DNA of 64,000 nt from Halocafeteria seosinensis (GCA_001687465.1 LVLI01000328.1:1-64000), one strand, 5' to 3'. Positions 11,301 through 21,873 are shown, numbered from the stretch's first letter. Notes: generated by a model from the sequence alone, not told the origin. Program-made: numbers and translations.

Positions 11301-11939
11301 TTTTCGCTGGTCATCGTTTGCACCTTTCTGTGTATGTGGCACTAGGATCTCTTCATCTTCCTTATCTTCGCTTCCTTGCTCTTTCTCCTGCTCCTCCTCA
11401 CGAGAACGTTTGCGATTTTTTCGCTGGTCATCGTTTGCACCTTTCTGTTCCTCAGTACCGGAATTATCTCGAATACATGCCCACGAAGTGGTCACTGACG
11501 AGCTCGATGCACTCGGAGTTGCAGTAGCAGCACTTCTGCTCATGGTAATGTTAGCTCCCGTTGAAGGCACAGAGCCAGAGGAGGTAGATGTACTTGTCTG
11601 AATCGTGCTGCTATTGTGTTTACTTGGCCCTGCGGAGAGAGTAGCCGCCGCAGCAGCAGCAACACTAGTCGTGCTCGAGGTTGTCTCTTCCTGACGCTGC
11701 TGTAGCTGCTTCAGCGGCTTCTCAGGTGGGATGAACAGACTCTCAAATGTCTCCCGCGGCACTCGAAGGCGGATTTCATGGAACCGGATCTTGGCATCGA
11801 TGCCATTTCGAGGCCTGTGATAGGTCCGTTTGGGTATCTTGATATCCGGGCCAGTGCTGCCTCGCGGGTTGGATTCCTGGCCCTTATTTTCCTCTTCCAC
11901 GCCACTTTCGCTCTCCTTCTGCTCATTTTGGGAGATCAT
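8334..11939 (-). CDS. SUZ12: SUZ12/EMF2-family Polycomb PRC2 subunit (C2H2 zinc finger plus C-terminal VEFS box), about 1201 aa, apparently intronless
   Basis: VEFS box RQYFHSQTGQPI..DIDSDDD...IDSFEDASSAEKKFMKLWNSHV...FLLHMLTLWDF; zinc finger CALCQKDFLGKEELFLHLETNH. The first in-frame ATG is at 11939. Confidence 0.9.
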   Translation of the reverse strand: MISQNEQKESESGVEEENKGQESNPRGSTGPDIKIPKRTYHRPRNGIDAKIRFHEIRLRVPRETFESLFIPPEKPLKQLQQRQEETTSSTTSVAAAAAATLSAGPSKHNSSTIQTSTSTSSGSVPSTGANITMSRSAATATPSASSSSVTTSWACIRDNSGTEEQKGANDDQRKNRKRSREEEQEKEQGSEDKEDEEILVPHTQKGANDDQRKNRKRSREEEQEKEQGSEDKEDDEIQVPHTPWCYAVVSFLTKRSSLVKGVNFSSEETNESEANDTNTQNESEQMYIIHQHAAAFVPSKPWLASDAFREYSSSDDTENSDNKVARKIPRHEILSYETSDKMHREASAMHDIAFRVEHPSPVEQTLPGGVPCPRECFRINYDSVVAPKLSLKDAVNNLVDEDSCVRGTLLALPHESKILKSLTRALDGERYNVIFVNSPDELCGSRNFTYEQLSAPIRGVKRLHIAKFFDCPLDESVLTDNEITVRVSLIPRKSSSTYPSAAENGETNRRVDVPIPPEAVVASTAMIPSITMLRHLNGHMRNSECAARVALLGQLAHAASNIHSSSLDPKFLHERILDLQKLGVGTSWRAAARVKDPTRLKCLASNAVMGQVPEKSEAIQLLRLIPLSSDKVEDLVSQNLTCTLYQRLWSDALLNEQGKKGSSSLLWTITPNMLNTLGYPKFHVDCKRIYSSTVNCHKGRNRCFIPLNDFEWKSNNRGADSSMSQAPGTSSCYSVQTLSVRNLLAGIAQRVSQPYKSLLRVGRKFMSYSENSAVMRCGTGASKLQEDGESLNHIFVWHFWSLRRDPREWCHVLQRINTNSCALCQKDFLGKEELFLHLETNHYRCRIGIHEDTALPRNSQTSNITKGAVKILLAKSPSANSVRPLHRSKRFWHVHIVPQEDGNQLKNDLDTAVDKKFVDFLWFGEESRKAYKGHLFLNFELLNWRNWQLRTIREPVVRGHWVYHNHRPQIPAFKLERKAKARAMIECDMPPELLDKSIQESRETVSELSRYPRQYFHSQTGQPIQPHEEDIDSDDDVKDAWVLERSSAVIDSFEDASSAEKKFMKLWNSHVFELGVYADRVVPRVCLLFARRFTSEISRQNLRFQFLLHMLTLWDFAILDTRTLHYCLRIVDSYNESHGKPSQLAKRRPSQLVLPLNDTSATGGRGGGGGSSSTTTSGGIRSVDESNGIEEDDEEVDITEI
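11213..11448 (-). repeat. In-frame 117-bp (39-aa) tandem duplication inside SUZ12-like gene
   Basis: QKGANDDQRKNRKRSREEEQEKEQGSEDKED(E/D)EI(L/Q)VPHT occurs twice and is nearly identical at DNA level. Confidence 0.95.
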
Positions 11940-12272
11940 TTGAGGTGCCACCGCCCTGTATAGCAGGCCAAAATACCGCAGGAAAGACCGTGATAAAGAT
12001 GAAAAGAAGGGGGTCCTCAAATTCCAAGCCTTACCTGATGTTTCTCTGCCGATATAAGGGCTGTTTCGAGCCCAGATACCTATATAAAGACAAAGGACCA
12101 CCTAGTCCTTGATGGACAGTGGTATTAGCTTCCTGTGGGCTCGTCATTGGCTCTGTATGAATGAAAAAAAGGGGGGGGGGGTTGTCCCTCAAAAAATGAT
12201 CCTTATTCACTACGGATTGACACCTTTTACTACCACTAGCTGTATCTTTAACTAGTACATATTAGGCCAAAA

Positions 12273-13682
12273 ATGGCAGCACAACAAGACGAGGGAGATG
12301 AAGTGGTGTTATTGGGAGTCCCGGGCAAACAATTCAAAGCGCCTCAGCCGAAGGAGGAGGCTCCTCCCTCTGATACGAGTATATTAGCTCTACAAGGCCA
12401 TACCGCGTACGAATCATGGATTGGAGGCGAAGCCGTACGTAGCCCGGATACACACAAACGGACGGCGGGACTTGTGTATGCAACTTGGTATGAAATGCAG
12501 ATGGACTTCCACCGACGCGTTCCCACTGAATATTGTGGTGTATGCCGTAAACCTCTATTTAATGTGTGCCAAGTAAGTTTTCCGACTAGATGACATGATA
12601 GGGAGAGAGCGCGCACGCTTACTGAAGAGGGGGTGTATTGTGCAGCTGTATGCGCCATTCAATGGACCGCGAGCGATAGCCGTCTTGGGTTGCAACGAAC
12701 CAACTTGTTGCTATCATTCCAACGCGTTAGTCGTTCAACATTTGCTTCTGTCCTGCGTTGCACGTGCGAGTCACCTGGATGCTATGGACACTGCAGATGG
12801 AAAGTCCTTCGCTTCGTGGGTGACGACTCAGCAACTTGTGCTGCCGTTGCTGCAGACAGGGATGACGACGGCACGAAGACAGATTCTGAAGACAAAGAAG
12901 CCCCAACCGGTTCTACAGAGGAAGCGCACGAAGCTGCCACAGATGAGGATGAATTTGCCGGTCTTTTCAGCGCCGCTTTGAGTGTGTCCGGCAGTAAAGG
13001 CAATACTTCCAAAGGCAAGGGGCACAAGTCTACCAAGGCAAAAGGTTCTGAGACGTCGGTAAAGCCAATTATGTTTCCATGCTACTTTCTGAACATCAAA
13101 GAGGACTATCCAGAAGAAGATGTCGATGACACACTGCGTACTGATGAACATGTCGAGCAGATATATCAGAGATACTTGAAAGAAGCCAGGGAGGAAGAGG
13201 GCGATGAAGACGTCGGTTGGCTACCGGAGACGATTCACTCTCGAAAGAGTATGAAACATCATGCAAAAGATGCAGACGAAGACGATGAAGATGACGACGA
13301 AGGGGACAGCGGAACAGGCAAAGTAGAGCAGCTCCGTTTCTACTATCGGCAGCAGGTATCCAAAGAACCATCTCAAGTAGTACGATACCAGTGGGACGGA
13401 AGACCGTTGTGGCCCTATTCTCAGCCGAAAAAGACGGAAATTCCTCGATGCCCATGTGGCTACCCTCGCAAGTTCGAGTTTCAGGTTCTCCCTTCTGCAT
13501 TGCATTACTTGAAACCTGAGTCTGTTGGCAGTGGTCCCAAGCAATATTCTGGAGCATCGAGAGGAGGCTCCGACACAACCAAAGAAGAAAAGTTCTCCGG
13601 CATGGACTGGAATTCGCTTTGCGTCTACAGCTGCACCAGCAGCTGTAGTAATTCCTCCGAAGAATTCGTTTTAGTTGTCTGA
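12273..13682 (+). CDS. PDCD2L: PDCD2-like / Tsr4 family protein (PDCD2_C domain; uS5 chaperone family)
   Basis: Spliced CGVCRKPLFNVCQ|LYAP...GCNEPTC..AWKVLR; C-terminal PSQVVRYQWDGRPLW..IPRCPCGYPRKFEFQVLP..GMDWNSLCVYSCTSSC. Introns at 12573-12645 and 12726-12796, probably also 12435-12500. Confidence 0.9.
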
Positions 13683-13727
13683 CGACATATGTTTGGCAAA
13701 AAAATGAGCATAATTGGGTCCGTCGAT

Positions 13728-14563
13728 TCAACTGCTGCTTGACTCTTGCTTTTGCCGCTTCCGGCCGTGAGATGCTGAAGAACTCTGTTCTTCAGCATAG
13801 TCTACAGGGATAGGAGTAGTGATATAGTGCCCATCGAAGCCTGCTCCAAGCTTTACTCTTGCTTCTTTAGGCACTGTCTTCTGTTCTGTGTCTTGGGAAG
13901 CTGAGCTGCTTTGGCCGGAGTGGACAAAGTAGTCCAACGTTTTAAGTCTCTCGGCCCGATCAATGGCATTCTCCAGAGCAGCGTCAGTTTTTGCTTCCGA
14001 AATTGCTCGCTCTCTTTGTCGCTTTAGCTCTCGTCTCGCCAGTGTTTTCCATTCGTCTGTGAGTTTAGCAGCCAGTTCCAATATTTGTTTCCAGGATTGC
14101 AATGCCGACTCGTGAGCGTTAGAATTCTCCCTCACGACCTGCACCTCAGAAGATTGCGCTGAAGCTCTCGCGGCTTTGGCGGATGAAGAATGCTCCTTTG
14201 GTTTCTCCAATTTCTTAACCTCCTGTTGTGCCAGCTTGTTGATGGCACGTACTTGGCGCGCCAAGTTGGTGGTCTGTAGTGTCTCCAAGTACATTGGCAT
14301 CTCCTTCAGCTTGCGCAGGTACTTGAGAATCGTCGAAAACGCCTTCTGTAGTCGTAGACGCGAAAATTCAGTATATGTATAAATATACAGCTCTCTAACG
14401 CACGAACCTCTTCCGCTGCCGATTCCAGGATATCATTCACTCTGTGGTATTCCTTCGGGCGCACCTGCAACATCACCAGACGAATCCATAGATGTAAAAC
14501 GACGTAGGAGTGGCCTCATCAGCATCATGTACGTACTACGCCCTTCATATTGAGCAATGACAT
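13728..14563 (-). CDS. TFIIS N-terminal (TND/Med26-like helical bundle) domain protein, about 233 aa
   Basis: Exons 14563-14537, 14464-14408 and 14345-13728 join in frame. ILKYLRKLKEMPMYLETLQTTNLARQVRAINK...ILELAAKLTDEWKTLA matches the TND pattern (L..T.IG..V..L....A..L...WK). Confidence 0.7.
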
Positions 14564-14741
14564 TGCAGTTGCGTTTGAATTTTGTCCTTTCCCCACGTGT
14601 TCAACGCCAATTCATGGACGTTTTGAAAGCCATCCAAGAGCACTCGTTCACTAGAATGAAATAACAAAAATCATCCTTGGCAATGCTCTACAAGACGAGC
14701 TAAAATGGTGAAGCGAGAACACACAACCTCAATGAATCCCC

Positions 14742-14752
14742 AACTTCAACTT
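14742..14752. promoter_or_regulatory. Recurrent 11-mer AACTTCAACTT (reverse complement AAGTTGAAGTT)
   Basis: About 180 nt upstream of the TFIIS-N gene; the same 11-mer occurs at 21874, 25273 and 45484. Confidence 0.5.
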
Positions 14753-15473
14753 CGGAATGGAGGGCTAAAAGTCTCAGGGTTCAATTTTTGAGACATGACC
14801 ATATTTTTACTATGCGAGTAAGTTGCAGTGTCAGGAAAATGGAGTGATCAGGGCACTTTATGTATGACCCACAACAGAAGACACAAGCAACTTAATTTAC
14901 GTCTAAAGTTACACTTAACACAAGTCTTACAGGTTCTTGCGGGAGAAATTCTTTAGTTACAGTTTGTATTCCGCAGGTAACGTTTGATAACAGATAAAAC
15001 TACTAGTGACATGTGATAGCTGGGTGGAACTTCGCTGACCCAGGGGACCCGCTGAAGGAGGCCACTGGCATGATGAAGCTGGAAGCATAATGATACTTTC
15101 CCGAAAGCACCGGGTACCTGTCACGTCCAACACAGATAAGATAAACTTGCATCGTTGAAAGAGAATACATGAACGTCTTAAATAACACAATCTCCAAAGA
15201 AAGGTTACCTGTTTTCCTCTTTTGGATCGGTTGAACCTGATATCAGCTCCACGGTGTTGGTTGCTGCACCAATAAGACTCGCTTCCGAGGCGTCACGTCT
15301 CTCGACTCTCTAGTATTTGCAGGGGTTTCAGGCATGGTCTCACTGGGCCTCAAAGATCTGATGTTGGAAGTTCCCTATGCTACTACACGTAAGCTCCAGG
15401 TATTGGTAGGATGGTAGTCCAGGTGTGTTCTCCACCGATTTCGCGAGTATGCAATGTCGCCCTCGCTACATAA

Positions 15474-16634
15474 TTATGCACCTGTCAGCGACTGATACCG
15501 ATGCATCATCTCTCTCATATCGCAATTTCTATGGTTCTGGAGGTCCAATGCCCAAAGTCTCGTTTTGTAATTATCGGAAACGGGCTGCAAAGATATAATA
15601 TTCAGTATATGCTTTACCAAGGTTCCTAGGAGCAGAGGGTCGCAGTACGTTTCTGCGCGATGAAACAGCCAGTCAAGGACAGTATCTGCAGCTTCCTCGA
15701 CACCTGCTCCAACATATCCAATGGTTTCTACCGCTATGTTTGGTGGGTACATACCATCCACAGAGTCGAGAAGTCTGGCTAGGTGCGGTTTTAGTCCTCT
15801 AGGATTGTAGAATGAGAGAATCACCAGTATGTCCCAGAGTCTATAGTCAGAACTCCAATGAGACAAACAATCACACAATCTGTCCGTAAAAGGGACTACC
15901 TTCTCTGGATACTCTCTAACTACTTTCGTCAGGATTGTTAGTGCGCTGCGACATCCGTCGTCCAAGCCATACCTTACTATCACTTCCAAATTCTCCAATA
16001 CAGCCTGCTTGGATTCCTCCCCATTCCTGTAACTCTCGGAGCCAATAGCGTTGATAATTTTGGACGCGACAGAGGGAGAAATGTTTTCATCGCCGGCAAT
16101 GTTGAGCAACCGCACAACGTATTGGGAGGGTAGTGGCGAACCCCAGGTAGCCAAAATTGACTGGGCTGTTCGACTTGCAGCGTCGGGAGCTCTGACGACG
16201 CATTCTACGACCCCGGGAAGAATGTATTCCGATAGGTTGGACTGAGACCGTGAAAGTGTGTGCAAGGCCGAAAGGATTACTAAAATAGCGGAACCTTTTT
16301 CTGTGTCCTCCTCCAGCTTGCCCTCTGCATTTCCTAACCAATCTGTAATCAAGTCGACGAGAACACTGACGGATTCCGGGTCGAACTGGTCCCTGTGCTT
16401 TGATACCGCGGTCTGCAAAGGACTAAACAAGGAAGCGATGCGGTTTTGATTCGACTCCCCTTGTTTCTGTCCAGCGCCTAATTCGCTACTTCCCCACTCC
16501 TTCAGGAAAGAGCATAGAAAGGGTATCTGCGAGACATACACTCCAGGATCGCAGTGCACCAATGCACTGAACGCCAACCAGTCTTCATCCAGCAGGAACT
16601 TCCTCAGATTCAGTTGAAACTGCTTCACGGACAT
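15474..16634 (-). CDS. Alpha-solenoid (ARM/HEAT-like) protein of unknown function, 386 aa
   Basis: Long ATG-started ORF with Leu-rich amphipathic helical repeats; no family motif recognised. A further 3' exon is possible. Confidence 0.7.
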   Translation of the reverse strand: MSVKQFQLNLRKFLLDEDWLAFSALVHCDPGVYVSQIPFLCSFLKEWGSSELGAGQKQGESNQNRIASLFSPLQTAVSKHRDQFDPESVSVLVDLITDWLGNAEGKLEEDTEKGSAILVILSALHTLSRSQSNLSEYILPGVVECVVRAPDAASRTAQSILATWGSPLPSQYVVRLLNIAGDENISPSVASKIINAIGSESYRNGEESKQAVLENLEVIVRYGLDDGCRSALTILTKVVREYPEKVVPFTDRLCDCLSHWSSDYRLWDILVILSFYNPRGLKPHLARLLDSVDGMYPPNIAVETIGYVGAGVEEAADTVLDWLFHRAETYCDPLLLGTLVKHILNIISLQPVSDNYKTRLWALDLQNHRNCDMREMMHRYQSLTGA

Positions 16635-17160
16635 TGTCTACTCCCGGCGCTGAGTGAATGAATGCTTTGAGACCACTGACTGACTGCCACGTGTTGCCAA
16701 CTTGGCATGGAAATGTCAATGACGTGAAGTGGGACCTCCTTCACACAAATTGTAAAACCAAATATATACACTACGTTTGAGTTCATTCCATGCTTGTGTC
16801 TTGTATACCGGTATAAATATGTTCCAGCGAATCCGTTTTCAACCAAAACACTACTGAGACTGGTTGTAAGGAAGTGTGGATCTTTTGATTCCTGCGGAAT
16901 CTTGTCGTGAGTCAACAGAGCAACAACAGTCAAACCCATATCGCACGCTTTCCTAAAGAGCAGTGAAATGCATGAGATTATTGAAGAAAAACCAACAACG
17001 ATGAGCATGTGCATAAGGTGGGTGTACAGGCAGAAGGAAGTACTGACGGGTTTCACTTCCTCTTGGTAGCGGGTAAATCGATATACCATACATGTAGAGT
17101 CGTCCCAAAGTCTTAGTCCCCGTGCCTTAGTAATATATTCATCACCTTGCGGAGACGAAG

Positions 17161-17367
17161 TTGGATGACAAAGATGCGCAAGACATAGCCGACGCTTTGC
17201 GCAGCAATACGGCATTGGTTTCACTCGTGTTAGTCACAAACCAAATCACTGATGTAGGCGCTAAACACTTGGCGGATGCCTTGCGTGTCAACACGGGACT
17301 GACCAACCTCTCGTTGGATGGGAATCGAATCAGTGATGCGGGTGCTCCTCACCCGAAGGGAAGATAG
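17161..17367 (+). pseudogene. Fragment of ribonuclease-inhibitor-type (NLRC3-like) leucine-rich-repeat gene
   Basis: LDDKDAQDIADALRSNTALVSLVLVTNQITDVGAKHLADALRVNTGLTNLSLDGNRISDAGA is two 28-aa LRRs. In-frame stops flank it, and I could not build a clean spliced model. Confidence 0.6.
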
Positions 17368-17907
17368 AAGCGTATACAAATCCGAAGTAATTCTGCATCT
17401 CGACGAGCCCATTAGCCGTTCGACTTCTTAAGTTCACCAAATTCTCCCCCAGCGGAAGACCTTGGGCCACGTCGTCTCCACAAAAGTTTTCACGCTCAGT
17501 TCGTGGCGATGCAAGAGACATGGAGAATGAGCGAAGCGCCACAATACCAACCTCCCGGTGACACACACCGTTATGAATTGTCTATCTGACCAGAAGAACC
17601 ATGAACAACAACATTGGAGAAGACATACGTATTCCACAGATTTCGAGGCTGTCAAAAAATCTATTCTGCCGACAATCGTCAACACACTAACTACGAACAA
17701 GCGAGGCTATTCGATAATACCATTCTTACGAGAGTACTACAGCACCAGTGAATCAATAGCTTGTGCGGTATAGTTGCTGGGTTGTTGAGGAGTCCTTCAC
17801 GCATTTGTCGGTGCGGCATAGAATCGTAAAATCGAGGGTTTGTCTAGCAAGCAGTCAAGTCCATTCCCAACAAAACGAGAAATTGCAACACCCCAAGCAA
17901 CGAAGAG

Positions 17908-19576
17908 TCACTTCGTGGGGACAAACAGTCGTGGTCGGTTGTTCATCTTCCTATGTCGTAGAATCTCCTTGTCTCTCTTCTGTCTTTTCCGTACGTCTTC
18001 CCGTTCCATTTGAATTCTTTCCCTTTCGAGATTTATGCGGCTTTGCCCAGGAACACTCTGACCTCCCCTATCATCATCCTCCCCTTCTCCATCCGAGTCA
18101 CTTTCAGAATTTGAACTATCCTCGTCTCGCCTTTGCTTAACACTACGCCCATCAGGCAGTTGTGCCGTACTCTCATCCATCTTTTGGAGTTCAGTGATAT
18201 CCTCATACGCGGCAATCATGCATACCGCAGACGCTTTGTCTTTCTGTGCGTCAGGGCATATTTCGCATGAAGAATACAAGTGAGCCGCAGGAAGAATTAC
18301 TTACCTGATGTATTTTTTCTCTGCTATCCCGAAACTGGGCAAAATAAAACTTGGCTCTATCGATAACTGCGCGACTCAACCTTAGTTTTTCTCCGACGTG
18401 CTCCATTCTCCGAAATTCCTGAGTGATCGACCTCACCAAAGTGCATGGACACACCTCACAGAATACGCCTCGTAAAACGTACCGTTCCCTTCATGGCATC
18501 CTTGTAGTAGTCTCGCGTGCGTCCGAATTGTTCTTCACCGTTCGACCATTCGGTGCGATGCATTGTCTTTTCCGCATTCTGTGTCAGTCTCTTGTATTGT
18601 CGCATTTGGCTTCCTGACACCCCCGCTCGTTCTACTAATTTTGTGCCCAAATTGTATGCGTCCGAGCGATACTGTAAAGGACCATCACCCATGGTCGACT
18701 TTACTTCACCACTATCTTGATCCGTCTTAACTCTCGCCCAGTCCTCGTCTTTCATCTGCAATAGAGGATGAAACAAGCAATACAGCCCCTAGACAAAATA
18801 AGGGGAGAACGAGACAGTATCCGTACTTGGTTCGGTTTCAGCACGGCACCACACTTTGTACAGACTTTATCCCCTGTCTTCTCATCGTCTCGAAAAACGC
18901 TCTCGTCTGTCTCGTTGCAATTCCAGCATCGAACCTGAGGATATGTGTAAGTCAACACAGTTCAGGAAGGCGGCTGACCGTCAGTGGTTCTAATTCTCCA
19001 ACTTACACGTCCTGCCTTCACTACTGCTCTGCAGGATGTGCATCTTACTTCTCCTGTTTTAGAATCAGTATGAAAATAGACGTCACCAGTTTGTTTGCAT
19101 TCAGGGCATCTTGATGGGGCTGCAGCATAAGGTTGTGTGAAATAATGTTAGAAAAAATATGCTCCACCTCACCAACCTTTTCTGGTTGTATCCGCCGGCG
19201 CTTTCTCCAATTTGACTTTGCTAATGAACTCCCTGAGGTCATCCTTTACTGACATCCGCCATTTTGCTCTTTTTGTGTTCTCGTTGGCTTGCGCTTTGCA
19301 TAAATTATCCCAAGCAGTTTTGACTGCTTCAGTCGTCTTCCCACCGGCTGCATCAATGGCTTTAGCATATTCTTGTTCCAAGTTCCGTCGCTGCTGTTCA
19401 CAATCTGCCAGAGCTCGTTGCTCTGCCGTGCCCCCAAACACTACGTCAAATGCCAAGCGGATATTCTCCGTCATTACTGTAACTGGATCCTGCGTAATTT
19501 CATCCCGAGGGCGCTTATCTCCGCTGTAGGAGGCTCCCAAAGGAGCACTCGATGTTGCTCCTTGCGCCCCATTCAT
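17908..19576 (-). CDS. Divergent TFIIB-related protein with two tandem Zn ribbons and only a partial or single cyclin fold
   Basis: The spliced model gives RCPECKQTGDVYFHTDSKTGEVRCTSCRAVV, then VRCWNCNETDESVFRDDEKTGDKVCTKCGAVL, then MKDEDWAR (B-reader-like), NLGTKL, and EFRRMEHVGEKLRLSRAVIDRAKFYFAQFRD..KASAVCMIAA. The 3' end is uncertain. Confidence 0.75.
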
Positions 19577-20000
19577 TGCCCTAGCTTGCGCATGAGTATT
19601 CTCAGAGCAAAGTTTTCGCTCAACGAGCCATTGAGCCCCATTTAATGTGTTGGCAGTCAACCAAATGCATTCGCAGGAGACAGCAATCTTTTCGTTGGGT
19701 TGTTCAGAACCTCTCCATACACATGACATACAGCCTTCACTGACACGACAAGGTTGGTGATGAATGATTGCAAACAATGAGTTGTCTGGTCGATTTTCCA
19801 TGCGTATGTATAGCGTTGAATTGGCGCCAGAACTTGTACTGGGGTCACCACCTTCACAAGATCTCCCCCTGTCCAAGGCCTTTATACACTGTATACAGTG
19901 CCTGTATTGTCTCCTTTTCTCTCCCATATCCACTCTTCCAACTCCTATTTAGCAGTAGTACCGAATCCAGTACTTGGAGCTTGGTTGGGGGGCGTAGAAA

Positions 20001-20924
20001 ATGTCCTCTGTGCCGCGCAATGTCACGCCGTGGATGAGCCATGGTCCACGTAATATAAAGACCTATTTAAACTGGATCAAGGATGAAAAGAAGTTTTTGG
20101 CCCCCAATTTAAAGGAGCTTCACCTCTGGAAATTTGCGTCGATGAAGGGTCAAGGGCACCCGAGCAACCGAATTACCTTGTATGTGGCTTTAACTTTAGT
20201 GCATGTCCCTCTTCCAGAAGATTATACTGTAATGTTTTGCAGTGATATTGCTAAATACCATTTATTAGCGTTTCGATGGATGAATCCAAACGCCTTAGTC
20301 TATTTACATGAAGCCAGGGTGGAGGAGAAAACCCCGTCGTATGCCGAATTCACCTTATGTAAGTGGAGAGCGTCTTTCGCCAAACACGTGCCGACGTTTG
20401 TTTCATTTGCTTGCTGGGTTACAGACGATGGAAGGAAAAGAAGGTTTACTATTAATCATAAACAGCATACACCGGAAATGGTGCTGGCAAAAGTGATGTT
20501 TGCAGCACGTGACCCTGCATTTGATCCTCCTGAATTCAAGGAGAGAATGAAGGAAAAATACGAACAGGAACGCCAGCAGGCTCTCGAGGAAGAACGGCAA
20601 CGAGAGCAAGAGACCTATGAGCTATATCAACAAATTGCAGGAGATCAATCATCGCAAGATGCGTTCGGGGAGCGCGTCTCGGCCCATACACCCTTTGAAG
20701 AAGAAAGGGAACAGTTCACAATGGATAAGACACATCCCTTCGAGAGGTCCCAGAAGTGGTTGGATTACCCTGAGAGTATCGAAGACTTTTCACAGAAAGT
20801 CCCCCTATGGGACACTCGACCTCAAACAGTGAAGCGCGAGGAACAAGTTAGAGAGATCGACGAACTCATGCAGAAGCACAAGCGATCTACCCCCACTGGC
20901 AGTGACGGGCCCAGTCATTCTTAA
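20001..20924 (+). CDS. Probable mitochondrial ribosomal protein of the L51/S25/CI-B8 family (mS25/mL61-like), about 264 aa spliced
   Basis: Removing introns 20180-20242 and 20359-20424 gives LKELHLWKF...DIAKYHLLAFRWMNPNALVYLHE...PSYAEFTLYDGRKRRFTI..TPEMVLAKV. Confidence 0.55.
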   Translation: MSSVPRNVTPWMSHGPRNIKTYLNWIKDEKKFLAPNLKELHLWKFASMKGQGHPSNRITLYVALTLVHVPLPEDYTVMFCSDIAKYHLLAFRWMNPNALVYLHEARVEEKTPSYAEFTLCKWRASFAKHVPTFVSFACWVTDDGRKRRFTINHKQHTPEMVLAKVMFAARDPAFDPPEFKERMKEKYEQERQQALEEERQREQETYELYQQIAGDQSSQDAFGERVSAHTPFEEEREQFTMDKTHPFERSQKWLDYPESIEDFSQKVPLWDTRPQTVKREEQVREIDELMQKHKRSTPTGSDGPSHS

Positions 20925-21873
20925 GAGAAAGCAGTTTGATTCTTTTGCTCTCTCTAACAGGGTACCTCCTTCGCTCTCTTGTTGAAAAGGGACAGTTGTA
21001 AGACGCTAGCAAAGTACAGTAGCTGCTCGCTTGCTGTCACGTCATGCGTGTTTCGATAATTCTAAACGACTCCTGTAGTTCTCTGTGACGTGTGGTTGTT
21101 GAACCACTGGAATGACAGGAGCTACACCACTTGTTCAACAAACTGAACGTAATAGGAGGACAAAGCGTTAGCCTTTTATCTTTCTTTTCTTTTATATTAA
21201 TATCTCGATTAATCTCCTTCGTGTCGTGTGTTTTAAGATGACAATTTGAAGTACTTCGGCAAATTGGAACTGACGTCAACCCGAAGAGGGTACAGTAGTG
21301 AAACGCTCCTCTCTAAGAGTATTCGGTCAACTTCTGGGTCATCTGTCACATGCATGTGTGTGGTGAACCAACTAGAAGATCCCTTAGGGGAACTTCATTA
21401 ATCATTCTCGTAGCAGTCTCCTACCAACACACCTAAGTTTGGTTTACTGCGTAGATCACGGGTGTGTGTCCACAGACTCTCCAGTGAGTCAATGTGTTCC
21501 ACATGTTGTACTTGATCCCGCAAAGACTGAAAAACGCAAGCAGGATTTTGCCTTTCACAGTCTGAAACTTACTTCGGGAGGCTCTCCAACAAACCTTCTA
21601 CTACCGTGACCGAAGTATTGAAGCATCCATAACTCAAGTGGTTAGCGAAGGAAACTTCGCGACAGCAGTTTTCACAGTATTAATAGGATAAGCGTTGACT
21701 GTCTTCGTGCTATCAAGGACCCTGATTTGGTCAACTACCTACAGTGTAGGAGTTTAGACAACCTTGGGGCTTTTCATTCCGTTCCGAATTTTGTGGACCG
21801 CCATCGCGTGGGTCATGTAGTCTCCCGGGCGGCCGCTCACAATTCCAGCTTTGACAGAGTGCAAAGCTGTCCA

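Noticed and set aside
16625..17224. 199-aa minus-strand ORF
   Set aside because: It has atypical composition, overlaps the LRR relic on the opposite strand and has no recognisable motif.
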